Assembly: GCA_025603075.1 (NCBI GenBank)
Contig: MU626279.1
Coordinates: forward strand, 62,001-126,000
Reading direction: 5' to 3'
Source: Neoconidiobolus thromboides FSU 785
Lineage: Eukaryota; Fungi; Entomophthoromycota
DNA: 64,000 nucleotides
Made by a program: the position numbers and the translations under genes. The notes beneath the pieces are model-generated. The model was given only the letters and a program-made list of their open reading frames with translations, ran no database searches and was not told where the DNA came from. Below are positions 13,360-27,300 of the stretch, piece after piece. Positions within the stretch are counted from its first letter, which is position 1. Every line of letters starts with the position of its first letter.

Positions 13360-13665
13360 TTTGACACTATTCTTATACTTCATATCTTATTTTTGTTTTT
13401 TAAATAAAATTCAATTTCTTATTTTATTGATTTAATAGTTAAATTAATTTTATTAATGTTAATATTAATAAAAATAGGAAGAAATAAAAAAGATTTAATT
13501 TATTATTATTATTATTATTATTAAACTTCTTTAAATTAATTTATTAAAACTTTAGTTAACTTTAATACAGTAACTTATTATCAACATCGAAAAATCTTCC
13601 ATTAATAATAAACCCCTTATTAACCTACCTCCTCCTTCTTATCTTCTCTCCTTCCACTTTCTTCT

Positions 13666-14356
13666 TTATCTCAAAAAGGAAATTGGATTCTCATTTAAAT
13701 CAACTGTTTTCAAATGATTACTATTTTGTAATAAAATATCATAATGATGATATTCCGTTCTTAATTTTTTATATTCTTGTAAATAAGCTTCCATTTCCAT
13801 ATTTCCATTTAAAAATTGCTCACTTAATTCCATAGCTTTTTGATCTAAATTACTTTTTTCTTGTTTTAATTTTGGGATATATTGTTTTGGATTATATTTC
13901 TATAATAGACAAATGAATTAATAAATATGTTATGTTATTATTATCATTATTGTTGTTAACTAGGATATTGTAATATTAATAACTTACACTACTCAATTCA
14001 GATTCTCTTCTCTTTAACATTTGAAACTTGTGTTCTAGTTCTTCAATCACTTGTCCTTTTTGATTAATCGCTTCTTTTAAACTCAGGTATTTTCCTTCCA
14101 TTGATAAATTATCCACTATATAGAAATAAACTCATTAATATCAAAATATTAAAATTGGTTTATTAATTTAAGATAATCTAAAAAAATAAGATATACTTAC
14201 TAGCTAATTCTTCGTTACCTAATTGAAAATCTTGTAAATTAATTCTTTGATTAATGACTTCAGGTAAAGAATTAAAATATTCTAAAAATTCGGATTCAAT
14301 AGTTAATAAAGTAAATAATTCATCCGAACTATTTTTACAATAAAAAGCAAATTATT

Positions 14357-14408
<52 letters not shown>

Positions 14409-14766
14409 TTCTTTCTATTACTTCTTTTATTAATTATTGAAATCTGAAGTTAGAAATAGAAAGGAGAAATTAAAAAATTATCTTAAATTACCTTTTAGAC
14501 GTTATACTAGGAAAAAAGGTAGATATAGCTTCTTGTAATTGTAATGGATTTCGATGTTCTCTTTCAGTATCTACTTCTCTAGTTGATGCTGAATTGAGGT
14601 TATTAGCGTAATTAGAATTATGACTTGTAGTTGGATTATTATAATTGGAACTTTGATTAGATGTTGGATGACTATTGTAATTGAGGTCTTGACTTGTATT
14701 GGGGTTAGGGTTATAGTTCGGATTTTGATATATGTTGACAGTTGGATTAGTATTATTATAACTCAT
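13666..14766 (-). CDS. VPS37: ESCRT-I subunit VPS37/SRN2 (Mod(r) domain)
   Basis: Four exons: Asn/Pro-rich N-terminus; SSDELFTLL...FNSLPEV...NEELAMDNL; AMELSEQFLNGNMEMEAYLQEYKKLRTEYH matches the Mod(r) consensus. Confidence 0.8.
14359..14404. repeat. (ATT)n microsatellite in a VPS37 intron
   Basis: About 15 uninterrupted ATT units. Confidence 0.95.
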
Positions 14767-14995
14767 TTTTATTTTAATTGCTAGTTTTGTTGTTAGTCAA
14801 TAATGAAGAGATAAATAAAATCTAAAAATCAATATGATATCTTTATCTTAGTTTAAAATTTCAATTTATAAATTGATGAAAAGAATGAGTAGAATGATTT
14901 AATTTGAAGTCATAAGTGAAATGAATTAAAATTCAACAAAATTAATAAATGAAGATTTATTTATTTTACTCAATTTTTTTAAATAAATTAAAATA

Positions 14996-15492
14996 ATGAA
15001 TAATTATCCAAAGGTAAAAAATAAATATATTTTAATATTAAATTAATTAATTTCTATTTTTATTGTTATTTAACAGCATTTTTATGACGATGAAGAAGAT
15101 TATCCAAGTCAATCTTATTATGGTGATAATGGGTAACATTAAATTAAATAAAATTTGTTTTTATAAAATAAAAATTAAACTTTTTTATTATCAGTTTCGA
15201 TAATGATTTTATCAACTCAGAAATATTAGAAGATAACTCAGAAACCAATATAACAAGTAATAATAATCAACGTTTATTATTAATGGGCTTAAGAAGGTAA
15301 TAAAACAATTGATTTCAATAATTTCAATTTAAAATTGATTTTATTACTGATAGGAGTGGCAAATCTTCCATATTTCAAGTGGTATTTCATAAAATGGGGC
15401 CAAATGAAACTTTATTTTTAGAATCTACATCTAAAGTAACTAAAGATAATATAACGTAAGTATATTTTATAATAAATAATAATAATAATAAG

Positions 15493-15523
<31 letters not shown>

Positions 15524-16543
15524 TATAGTTCTTTTATTAACTTTCAAGTATGGGATTTTCCAGGTCAATTAGATTATTTTGATGGTGAATTTGATGCAGA
15601 AAGTATATTTTCAGGTGTCGGTGCTTTAGTTTTTGTTATTGATGCACAAGTAAGTAAATAGAATACAAATAGTGACTATTTTTTAAACTATTATATTGAT
15701 TAATATTCCTTTATACAGGATGATTATTTAGAATCTTTAACTAAACTGCATGACACAGTAATTCATGCATATAATGTGAATCCAGATATAGCATTTGAAG
15801 TATTTGTACATAAAGTAGATGGGTTATCAGATGATTATAAAATAGATTTACAACGAGATATTCAACAAAGAGTATTAGATGAATTAGCTGATGTTGGTTT
15901 AGAAAATATACCTTTAGCATTTTATCTTACTTCAATTTATGATCATTCAATATTTGAAGCATTTTCTAAAGTCATACAAAAAATGATACGACAACTACCA
16001 ACATTAGAAAATTTGTTAAATATATTATGTTCCAATTCGGGTATTGAAAAAGCTTATTTATTTGATATTACATCAAAGATTTATCTTGCTACTGATTCAT
16101 CCCCAGTTGATATGCAATCATATGAAATTTGTTCGGATATGATTGATGTAGTTATTGATTTAACTTCAATTTATAAGTAAGTTTATAAGTTCATCATTTT
16201 ATTTTTGTTATTTGTTATTTATTATTTATTTGATTTTATAAGTATCCCACCAACTTCACGTATAACTAGTTCCGATGAAGAAAATGGAATTCAATACTCT
16301 AGTGTTTCTAGTAAAGAAGCATATTCATCTATTCAATTGAATAACGGTTTGGTATTATATTTTCGAGTGATTAATCCATTTTTAGCGTTAGTTTGTTTAC
16401 TTCGTCAGGATGCTTTTGAAAAGAGAGGTTTAATTGATTATAACTTTCAATGTTTTAAACAAGCTATTTTACAAGTTATTGAAGTCCGAAATTTAGGTGT
16501 GAATGTAATAAGTGATCAAGATGGTTTTGGCTTACAAAGTTAG
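14996..16543 (+). CDS. GTR2: Rag GTPase RagC/D
   Basis: Multi-exon: [97 protein letters not shown]. Start codon inferred from a short upstream exon. Confidence 0.95.
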
Positions 16544-16794
16544 TCAACATATAACAAATTATCGAATTTGAATATTTAAAAAGGAAGACTTTTTAATAAT
16601 TCAAGAGACAAATAAATAAAATAAGCTTTTTAATTTTGAAATTTAAGTTGAAATATTAAAAGGAATTGATTTTTAAAATTAAAATAAGTTCAATTATTTT
16701 ATTTAATAAAAATATAAAAATACTAAAATTTCTTTTTATATAATATTTAACTTGCTCATTTATTAAACTAATTAATTAATTAAAAGTAAACTAA

Positions 16795-18627
16795 TTAATA
16801 ATTACTTATTATTAATATTAGAATTCCCATTACAGTTGCTCCTAATAAATTCGGTTTTCCCATTATTGCCGAACTACTAATCAAATAATCATAATTCATA
16901 CCTAATTCCAATACCAAGGGAGGAGGTGAGTAATTAGTAACTTGCCATAAATAACATTTATCAAAACTCAATGGCAATGAGGTAATGTTTTGTCTATTTG
17001 TACCTTTAGGACAATTCAATATTTCATTATTAATCATTAATTCTCTCCCATCTAAAGCAGATTGAGTAGCTATCCAAGAAACCATAGTATCTAAGGAACA
17101 CTGAGAGTATTTACCTGTAGGAAAATTCAATTGAGAACAATCTCGATTTTTACATAATTCTGTTACGGTTTGATAAGCTTGTTTTGGGGTAATTCCTTTT
17201 GTAATTGATTTACATGGAGATTGAAGATTCACACAATTACATACTTGTTGATTTGGTTTATTAGGTGGTTGAAGTTTAATACTAGTATCACATGATGTGT
17301 TTTTAGTTTCTATTTTATAGGATGAGAGTTTAGTAGAATCCTAAAATATAATTAAGTTAATATTTATTAAATTAAATACTAAATATTAAATATGATTACT
17401 TTTGGTGGATATGATTTCCAGGTATTTGTCAACCTAAAATAGGACGGGAATAAAGTAATATCTTTTTCAATATGTCTAACAATTCCAGTTCCAGAACTAC
17501 CTTCTTTTAATTCATAAACAAAACCACCAGAGAGATGATCAACTATAGGAGCTTTACCTAATTCATTAAACTATAGTTGATTAAAATATATTAATGAGTC
17601 TGTTTTTTTGTATGATTATAAATTACAAATTACCATATCAAAAGTTCTAGTATCTGAATCATCACAACCAATTTCACTGAAAAATAAAGGCACTGGATAT
17701 GAATTCCATGGAAATGTATCGAAATCAACACTATTTGGTAACTTTAATTTGTTACACATATTTAAAGAACTGAAAGATATGAAATCAGGCTATTTTAATA
17801 TACATATTAATATTTGAAGAGATATTAAATTTAATAAGTTAAAACTTACTCTTGTATCGCTATTGTCTTCAGGACAAGTAAAATAATTAGTATAACTATC
17901 TAATTTTTGTTTTAAATCACTACGAACAGATAAACCAATTATTGGCAAACTTTTCAAACCTTTAACATTTTTACTTTGTTCTTTAATAATCCCTTTAGTA
18001 TCTCTAATTATAGCTTTACTAATACTTAAACTAGTTTCATAATTATCTTCTGATTTCAATAACTCTTTAGATTCAAAGCCTGCAATAAACCCCATGAAAT
18101 TGGAATATTTTAAAAATTCTTGAACTATTAATTCCATAGAAGAATAATCATCCACCCCATAAACACTATTCATTTTCTCATCTCGAGTAGCTATTGTATT
18201 CATACCTAATACTACTTGAATCTTATATTTCTTAAATATATTCATACATTGACTATGATCTTTTTTAGCATCTATCTAAAAATAAAATATTAATATAAAA
18301 ATTCATTTCAAATTTATTGAAAAAAGTTTTTACCGAATAAACTAACACAGCGTTGGCCCCAATATCCGAAGTTAACTTAGCATAATAATTACATAAACTT
18401 TCATCTAAAGTTAATGGATCGACATCTATTTCAAATCGATGTTGATATACTAAACCTTTGATAAAAAATCGACTACCATCTTGTTGATTAAAAAAATAAT
18501 TTCCTTTGATAATAACTTCTCTTTCTGGTATATTTACTTGTGATGCTGAAGTTGAAGAGTTGGTATTTTGACTTTTTATTATGATACAAAATAATAGACA
18601 AGAAACTATTTGAATGATGGATAACAT
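16795..18627 (-). CDS. GH72 beta-1,3-glucanosyltransferase (GAS/GEL-like) with Cys-rich X8-like domain and probable GPI signal
   Basis: IKGNYFF...RFFIKGLVYQ...DPL, IGANAVLVYSV, GFIAGFE, VPLFFSEIGC, LSGGFVYE, Cys-rich C-terminal domain, hydrophobic tail. Confidence 0.88.
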
Positions 18628-19674
18628 TGAAGAATATATTTATATAGATTGGAATTAATTAAATATTTATTATATTATTTATTTATTTTATTTTATTTTG
18701 TTAGTAATAAGTAAAATTAAGTGAATTAATTATATTAAGGATAAGGAGATATTATTCCTTCCTTTCAATTTAAAAAATATTAAAAAATCAATAACAGCTT
18801 ATGATTAAATTGTACAAATAATTTCTATTCAATTTGATTGATGAATTGAATTTGAATGGTATCAAAAACAAAACCTTTTTTTCAACTAATCATAGCATCA
18901 AAATAGCTGTAATAGCTCCATTATTGGTTAAAAGTGACAAAATAAAACCAATTCGAACAATGTGCTCATTGACCGGTTTTAGCTAATGGATTTAATCTAT
19001 TGGATTAATTTGGAAATTTGTTTGTGGGTTCAACCAATCATAATGAAAATAATTAATTAATAATACCAGTATACTATTAATTTGGTAAAGTTAATTGATT
19101 GAAATGAAATTAATTAATATTACTATTATTTTTAAATATTTAATTTGATATGATTTTTAAATATTGATGAATGGGACTGAGGATTCTATTGTATGTAGCA
19201 ATGAAAGAAGAACTGAAGGTTTAGTTGTGTTTTATTCTTGGATTACAATATGCTTTAAGTTTATAGAAAATGTATAAATATTCAAAATAGAGATGGACTA
19301 AATTATTACGCTTGAGAAGTATATGTAAATGAGTTAAATTATATTAATCATTTATATTAAGTAAATTAAAATAAATTTGATAAAGTTTATTTAACTAGAA
19401 TTATTATAAAAAATATTATTTATTTTGTAAAAGTCAGACTGTTCAAAATAATAATAATTTTGAATCAGATAAATGGATTCATTTATAAAATGTATAAAAA
19501 CTAGATCCATTTGTTTACATGAAAAACAAAAGTTTGACTAAAAAGTTCCAAAGCTACAGAATTCAATAAAAAAGCAAAATTCCTATCAATAACATTACTT
19601 TAATTTAAGTAAAAAATTAAAAATAACATTAAGATTGTCCAGATCCATCATCTCATTATTCCACCATTCTCTAT

Positions 19675-20641
19675 TTAACTTAAACACAACTGCTGGCCTA
19701 AATAATAGAGATATAACCCTCCAAAAAAATGCCAACAAGAATGGGTAGGAGCTACACCTTTTCTATCAATAATAAAACAAGAAATACCAATTATTCCAGT
19801 CACTAAAGCTTTATAATACCCTAATTGTAACATACAATAAAAATTCGTTGGTAATACTAAGGCAAAGATAATGAGTGATGTAGTGGCTGTATCTTCCCAA
19901 AATTTTATAAAGATAAGGGTAGTAAAAGCTAATGCTGAGCCCCAGATGATTGGGGAATTTTCGATAGGATAAGTGGTGGGATTTTTACCTAAAAGGGCGA
20001 AAGTGACCTATGAAATGAAATAAAATCTTAGTAAAAGAATCTCAATAATAGAACTAAGGAATAAAAGCTTACCAACACAACCATGATTGTAGCAAAAGCA
20101 GCATCCGCTGAACTAAATAGTTTATATAAGGTCCAATGATAAGTGAAACTAGATATAGCAGTGATAACCGAAAGTAAAATAAAACAAGTCATTATTGGAT
20201 CCATTGTAGTCGATTCAAACTCTAATAATAAATACAATGGGAAGGCAAAAAAGATGGAAGTAATGGTACACCAGAATTCCGCTATTAAAAAGAATTTATA
20301 TTAAAATCTAATATTTATTTTTAAATAATTTAACTTACCAATGGAAGGATGAACATAGTATTTGGATTCCATAGTGACCACTACCGCTTTCATAAATAAT
20401 TTTTCCATAACTGTTAGTTCTGAAGAGTGAAGTTGTTTTAACAATTGTTTATCTTTTATTAGTTCAATTTCATCCTTTTTATGACAACTGCAAGAGGAGT
20501 TTGTAAGTGACTAGAATAAGATAAAAATTAGTATTTATTTTAGTTGGTATTATGTAATGGTTATGGATGAAGACAAGATGGCGTTAGTTATAGAAGATAT
20601 ACCTTAAAAAAAGCCAAAAGATTATCAGTATAAGTAGACAT
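19675..20641 (-). CDS. Alkaline ceramidase-like CREST-family membrane hydrolase
   Basis: Four exons by manual splicing: YYVHPSIAEFWCTITS, SFTYHWTLYKLFSSAD (SxxxH, Asp at +11), THSCWH (HxxxH); multiple transmembrane segments. Confidence 0.75.
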
Positions 20642-22509
20642 TATGAATCAAAGTGAAGTAAATTGCAACTTATAAAATTAGAAATATTGAAAAAAAACAA
20701 AAGAGTTAATAGTTGATAATAGATTCTTTTTATTCTACTCAATAAATTTATTACTTTGAGTTTTCATATTCATTTCTTTTTTTATTCAATATTAATAAAA
20801 CTCCACCTAAACAACCAATCAATTCCCATTTGACCCTTATTTTTTATCTATTTTATTAAATCCCCTCCACACTTTTGTAAGAGAAATTTCTTACTTTTAA
20901 TTTCGATTAAAATTGAACACTACATCAAAAAGTATTTTCATTATAGCCAATTAAAGTGGTTGCTTAGTTTGTTAGAATGCTTCTAATTTGAGACTGGTAC
21001 CATAGATCGTTGTAAGGTTCCTTATTTTGATTTAAAACAACCAATTAATATTAATCTCGGTGGATTTTCAACTGAAATTTAGAGGGAACATAAAGATGAC
21101 CAATTAAATGATTTTAAGCTAATAGTTAAATAAGTATTATACAATATCAAGAAAATGAATGGTAGTGGGTCTTGTTTTAAGATAACTTGTGCTCCCAAGG
21201 AAGTAGGTTTTATTACTGAGAAGTTTGGAATCTTAAAGTGGAAGCTTGGATTTTATTTTCAAATAGTATCTTTTTTTAAGGTGAAGTTGGAATTATGAGC
21301 TTATTTATCATGCCAACTTTTTGATGTGTTGAGTTAAACTTGTGCTTTTTTTAATGAAATTGAAGATACATTTTTTGAGACAGTTGCTATATTTGAAATT
21401 TGATGAATTGCTTTTTAATAATTGAAAATACATTTTAATAAATAAAAAGAGAAGCTTTTCTAGTTATCAATAACACAGATGTATTATTTTGAAAGTATAA
21501 AAAACTTTTGATTTATAGTCTATTCATTTTTGTTTTTGATTTGTTTCTTTTGAAGAAACTCTACTATTTGTTGACTATTAAGTAAAATGATATTGAATTA
21601 TAAAAGGTGAGTTTATTATTGAAATAAATCGATAAAATTTGAACAATTAATAATATAGTTTCTGTGGAAAAAAGGGATAAAATTCCACGAGTTTCAATTG
21701 TTAAATATCATCTAGTCTTTAAGTTAACTAGTTTAACCTAATAATTTAAGTTATTAAAAATAACTCTTCTTAGAGTGATCACATTCAACACTATGTACAC
21801 AATATCATTTAATAGAAAACTCTATACCCTAAATTATTGTATTATACCCAAGCTCTATTTTATTTAATAACCCCATTCTTTTTAACACTTATTAAAAAAA
21901 TGGTTGAAACAATTAATTTTAAAAAATTTAAGGGTCACAATCAGAATAAATTATTTTTAAACAATGAGAGTTTATTAAACTATTTTATTTAGCAAGGGAA
22001 ATAAAAGTTGATGGCTTATTATAGAGAGTTTTTAGTATATTGATTTTAATTTTTATAGATATATCAGATAGTAGAGACAGAATAATACACTTTTATAATA
22101 AAAAAAGAACAATTTAACTATGAATTTTTTGTTAGCTTTTGCCAGTTCAATTTTTAATTTTTTAGAATATTTTTGAGCATGCTTTTCAACAATGTTAATT
22201 TCAGTCATGTTAGCTTATATAAGAAGTTAGTTTTTAAAAATGATCTTTGAATATTGATATATTTGGGATTTTGATCTCTATTCTAATGATCACATTATTA
22301 CTATATTTTCAAGGGTCTGATATGTTATAATATCTAGAGTAAAATAATTTATAATAACAAATTATAAGACAAAGATTAAATAAAATTATAGTATAGGGAT
22401 TTTTATTTTAATTACAATATATGCCAAAGATATAGAAAAAAAAGAGATAGAATTGATATATTAGAAAAGCAAAGTATATAACATGAAAAAGTTTCCAAAG
22501 ATATAGCAA

Positions 22510-22809
22510 TTAGTTGCTAGCAATTTCCGATTTTTTAGGAAAGAAACCTGCTTTAGGATCCAAGGGTAAACCAGATATAGGATCAATATTATTTTCACAA
22601 CATTTTTTATAAAAAAGTAATAATCTTGCTTCATCAAAGTCACAAGCATCTTCTTCCATTATGTCTTCCACTAATTCGGAATCTAATCCTCTTTCATCGT
22701 CATTATTTTTGATGTTATCTTTTAAATTAAAATTAGCACTGTTTAATCCCTTAGCTATATCTTCTTCATAAACGGATCTTCTTCTACGGAAGATTTTAGG
22801 TACCATCAT
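22510..22809 (-). CDS. Small fungal protein, DUF2015-like
   Basis: GLNSANFNLKDNI...DDERGLD...FDEARL...NNIDPISGLPLDPKA resembles the conserved fungal DUF2015 family as I recall it. Confidence 0.7.
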   Translation of the reverse strand: MMVPKIFRRRRSVYEEDIAKGLNSANFNLKDNIKNNDDERGLDSELVEDIMEEDACDFDEARLLLFYKKCCENNIDPISGLPLDPKAGFFPKKSEIASN

Positions 22810-24325
22810 GGTCAAACTTAACATTTTGTTTTTTTAAACTTTTAGTCTTGATTGTTATATTTTTTGATAAATTCAATGTGATTATTATTTGTTTATATAC
22901 CTTTTTTAATAATTTATTTTGAGTGGCTCTTAATTAATATTGTCTATAAAACCTGAAAGATTTAGCTTAAAATAGATCTCCTATTCAACTCATTTCTACA
23001 GTTATGCTATTACCCCTGAAAAATTGACTATTCCAATACCAATAAAAATGGACGTTAAAAAAATTCCTATGACTCTTATTTGTCCTTTTGTTTGATATGT
23101 CTTAAATGCTAATCATTAATGGGATGATTTGATATTGAACTGATATGTTAACGGATAGCATTTATCAATTATGCAGCTATTAATTGATGTTGGTTTTGTT
23201 TCATTAGTGTTTTTCTTGTGATGTTTTTAACTTTAGTTGTTTTTATTAACCCAATGTTTCGGATTCGAGTTATTACAATTGATCTTTTTATTCTTAAATT
23301 TAAGAGGAACAAGTTAGTGAAGTTTTATTGCTATTCGATTCAACTTGTTTTATGTTACAGTTTGTATTTCTATAATAACGCTCTAATGTCGGTTAAAAAA
23401 GTCTTGGAAAACTATGATGACATTATGATAGTTTATTAATTTTAACTCTTCATTTATCTCCAGTTATTAAGTTTTAAAATTCTAAAGTCAACCACGCTCT
23501 TTTTGCATCAAATTCAAATAAAAAAATATTAAGACTAAATTTTAAATTTAATTAAATTTAGTAATAAAACCAAATATTAATTTATTTAATATTTTTATGC
23601 TATTCTTTAATAATTACTATGCTAATTATCATATTAATTGTGTTAATTATTATGCTAATTATTACTAAAAGAGCCTTATAAATTTAAACAATTCAAATAC
23701 TATCCTAAAAACTGCCAATTTATAATAACTTTATTAATATTGTTATTAGTAACAAGTTCACTATTTAATCATTTGTACTATCATTGTTCTATTTATATAC
23801 TAGATAACTTATTATGTATTGATTTTTTGATTTATAATTTAATTTGAATTTATTTTGATTTTGGACTAATAACAACAAGGATCTATAAACTTTATTTTTA
23901 AAAATTTAGTTTAGTTATATTGCTAGTCTATAATATATGAATTTGTATCTGCTGATCTTTGTCATACTTATAATAGATAACACGATACTATAGTTTTATA
24001 CTTTAAAAAATAGTATAATTAAACTTCTGTTCTGTAATATCCGGATCTGTCACTCCATATCCTTTCTCTATGTTACTAATAAATAATAGAAAAATCTGTA
24101 CTATTATAATTTTGAAAACAAAACAAATATGAAATGAGCTAAAAAATTTACTTGAAACTTTATTAAATTTTAAAAAACCAATAATAAAATGGAAATATCT
24201 TTAATAATGTATATGTCGAAAAAAATAGTGTTTATAAAAGAATAAAATCATATTCAAAAAGTTATCCTTCAACTATCATATACATAAAAAGGGAGTTTAG
24301 CATTATTGTAGCTCACCTGATATAA

Positions 24326-27300
24326 TTAAAATGGTAAATTGTTATATTGATTATTATTATTCATTGGATAACTTTGTCCAGGTCCAGAATTGGATCTATA
24401 ACCTTGCATAGGAATTGAAGATTGCTGCATACCCATATTACCTTGAGTTATCATTAAGGGATTACCTAATGCTCCTGGATTAATAATGGGAGCACTTTGT
24501 TCTTGTTTTTGTTGAGCTTCTTCTCTTTTAGTTCTCTCTTCATTAGCTTTTTCCAATTTATCAACTTTACTTGTATATTCTCTAATTACTTGGATCATGT
24601 AAGGCATAGCATAATCGGATATGCGATGGCGCCAGGCTAATTCCATAGCTACATCAGGACGGATAAGATCATAACATATGGTTAAGCAAGCAGTAAAGTA
24701 TTCTTTTAATTCATTTTCGACAAAGAATTTAAGTAAATCTTCAGCAATTTCTTTGCTTCTTGAAGAAGAGGCGGTGTCCATAGCATCTCTAAACATTTGA
24801 TCTTTTTTAGAAAGACTAATTGATTGTTCCCAACGTTTATTAATCTAAACAAAATCATTAGTTATAATTACAAACTTAAAAATTAAATTTACTCTATAAA
24901 GACGAGCAGCTATCCTACGGAATTCCAAAAGCTCATGCTTCTCTAATCTTTGGGCAAGTTCAATGTTATCAAAATTATCATAGCTTTCAATTGAATTTTG
25001 AAGCGATTGATAATCTTCTTCATCTATAAGAAGTTGATTATATGCATTATTGACTGCACGATTATTGACTTTTTGTACAGCAACCAAATAAGAGCGAATG
25101 AGTGGAATATTGTTCGATTTATCAAATATTTGAACAACTCGAGTATGATCAACACGGTTGGTAATAGCAGAAAGTAAATCAGTGATAAGTAGAGGTTGTT
25201 CTTCTAAATAAAATTGAAGTGCACGATAGTAAATTTCTAAATTATTAACTTTAGAGATAACATCTTTGAAGCTAGAATGATCCCAGGCTGAGGCAGAATG
25301 TTTCATCATAGTATTAGCTGCATTATCATATTCATCATAATGGGTATAACAAAATACTAACTCAGACCAGAGATGAGCTTCCTCACATGCTTTAATAGCT
25401 TTTGGAAGACTTACACGAGAACTATAAAGTTTAAGATGCTCCATTACAGCTTCTGGACGATATTTGGTATATAAAACAGTAAGCTCAGTAAACATTGCCA
25501 TGTTAGAACGCTCTAAACCTAAAGAGGCTTCAAGAAGTTCTAATAATTGATCGGTAATACCATTATTTTCATAAAGTCTAATAATACTTTGAAGTTCATC
25601 AGTATGAATTACAAGATTCAAACCACAAATTTGGGATAAACGATATTCATTTTGTTCAATACAAATATCATGAACTTGGCGCCATACACGGGTATTATTG
25701 GCTTTGCGCGCACTATCAACGGCAGCTTGAAACTCACCTAAACGAACTTGAGTAGAAGCAAGTGATCCCCAGTTGGAAATGCTTAAAAATAAAATTTTGG
25801 CTGCATGGTATAAACCATCATTGAAACAACGATCACCGACATTTTGAACTTGAGCAATATTGGGACCACTTAAAGTTGATTCAATATCGGATATACGACT
25901 CGTTTTAGCATAAGCATATAAAAGTTCAGTATCAACCATAGTTTCACGAGTTTGAAGACGTGCCATTTGTAAATAACGAACTAAATCTTCATAACGATCA
26001 TTTTGTTGTGCAACTTTGATTACTTCCATATAATTGGATGAATCGTTGGAACGAATATAAGAATCAACGGCTTCTTTAACTCTATTTTGAGCGAGCTGTG
26101 CTTTACCTAATTTGCTCCAAACATTAGGAGAATTAACTTTTTCAGCAAAATCATAAGCTCTATCAACATCATGAAGATGATCAATGAGTACATTTACAGC
26201 TTCGGAGTGGGCACTATATTTATTATAAATATAAAAGGCTTCTTCATAAAGTTGGGATTCTACTAAAATTCTAGCAACTTCATTAGATTCATAATTATTG
26301 AGGCGCTCTAAATAACCCATAACTTTTTCAGGGCAAGATTTTGAAGCTGTAAGGATCATAAGGTTTTGTAAATTGGCATTTTCACTAAACATAGTTGGTT
26401 CAAGAACAACTTTTTCAAGAAGCTCAAGTAATTCTTTAGAAAGACCTGCAGCAATAAATGCTTTTACAGTAACAGATACAGCTTCAGGAATTTGTGCTTC
26501 TGAAATGGCAGAGTTTACAATTTGATCAACTAAGATACCACGATGGGAATTAGATTCATCTAAAACAGTAGCCCATAAATCGGAATCTTGGCGTTGAATA
26601 AGATAACGTGCTTGGTATTTGTGCATTGAGTTATCATTAGTTACTTGAATAAGTTCATGATCGCATTGACCCTGTTCATAAGCAACAAAAGCAAGATAAG
26701 GATCACGCTTTTCGCAATAACGACCAACAATACGAGGGTCATAAAGCTGATTGCTTCTCAAAAATTGTTCAGGGTTATTGTTGCCATCAATATATATCAT
26801 AGCTAATGCATTGTACATGGCTGGATCTTGGTTATTATTATTGATTTTGACTTCTAACCATGGACGGATAAGCTTAAGACGGTTTCTTTTTTCAACCTCT
26901 TCAACAAGTTCGTCTACTGGGAAAGGTCCTTGAACAGACATAAGTAAGTTTTTGATGATACTTTCATCGCAATCAACATCTAAAAGAGCACCAATGACTA
27001 CAGGAGTACGGCTAGAATTGATTTTTTGGACATAAATTTCAATGAAGTTATGGAAGTTATTTTTATAAAGATGTAAAATAAGATCATGAACAAAATCGAA
27101 TCTATCACAGACAATAACAAGTGGAATAAGATCTTGAAGATTTGCTTCTTTTAGGAAATTTTTAACCCTTTCGCCATCATAATAATTACTTTCACGACAG
27201 ATTCTTTCCACTTCTTTCATTTGACCAGTGAAACAAGCTGCTTGAATATATTTGAAATGTACTTCAGGATCTTGGCTGGTGTTAACAATTGTTCCAAGGT

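Noticed and set aside
17608-17817. 69-aa plus-strand ORF
   Set aside because: Antisense to the GH72 exon containing PLFFSEIGC.
20950-21700. Slightly GC-richer tract that might be a decayed gene
   Set aside because: Frames I translated had many stops and no recognisable motif.
22980-23440. 73-aa ORF (23218-23439) and surrounding coding-like composition
   Set aside because: No motif, non-ATG start in the ORF track, stop-rich alternative frames.
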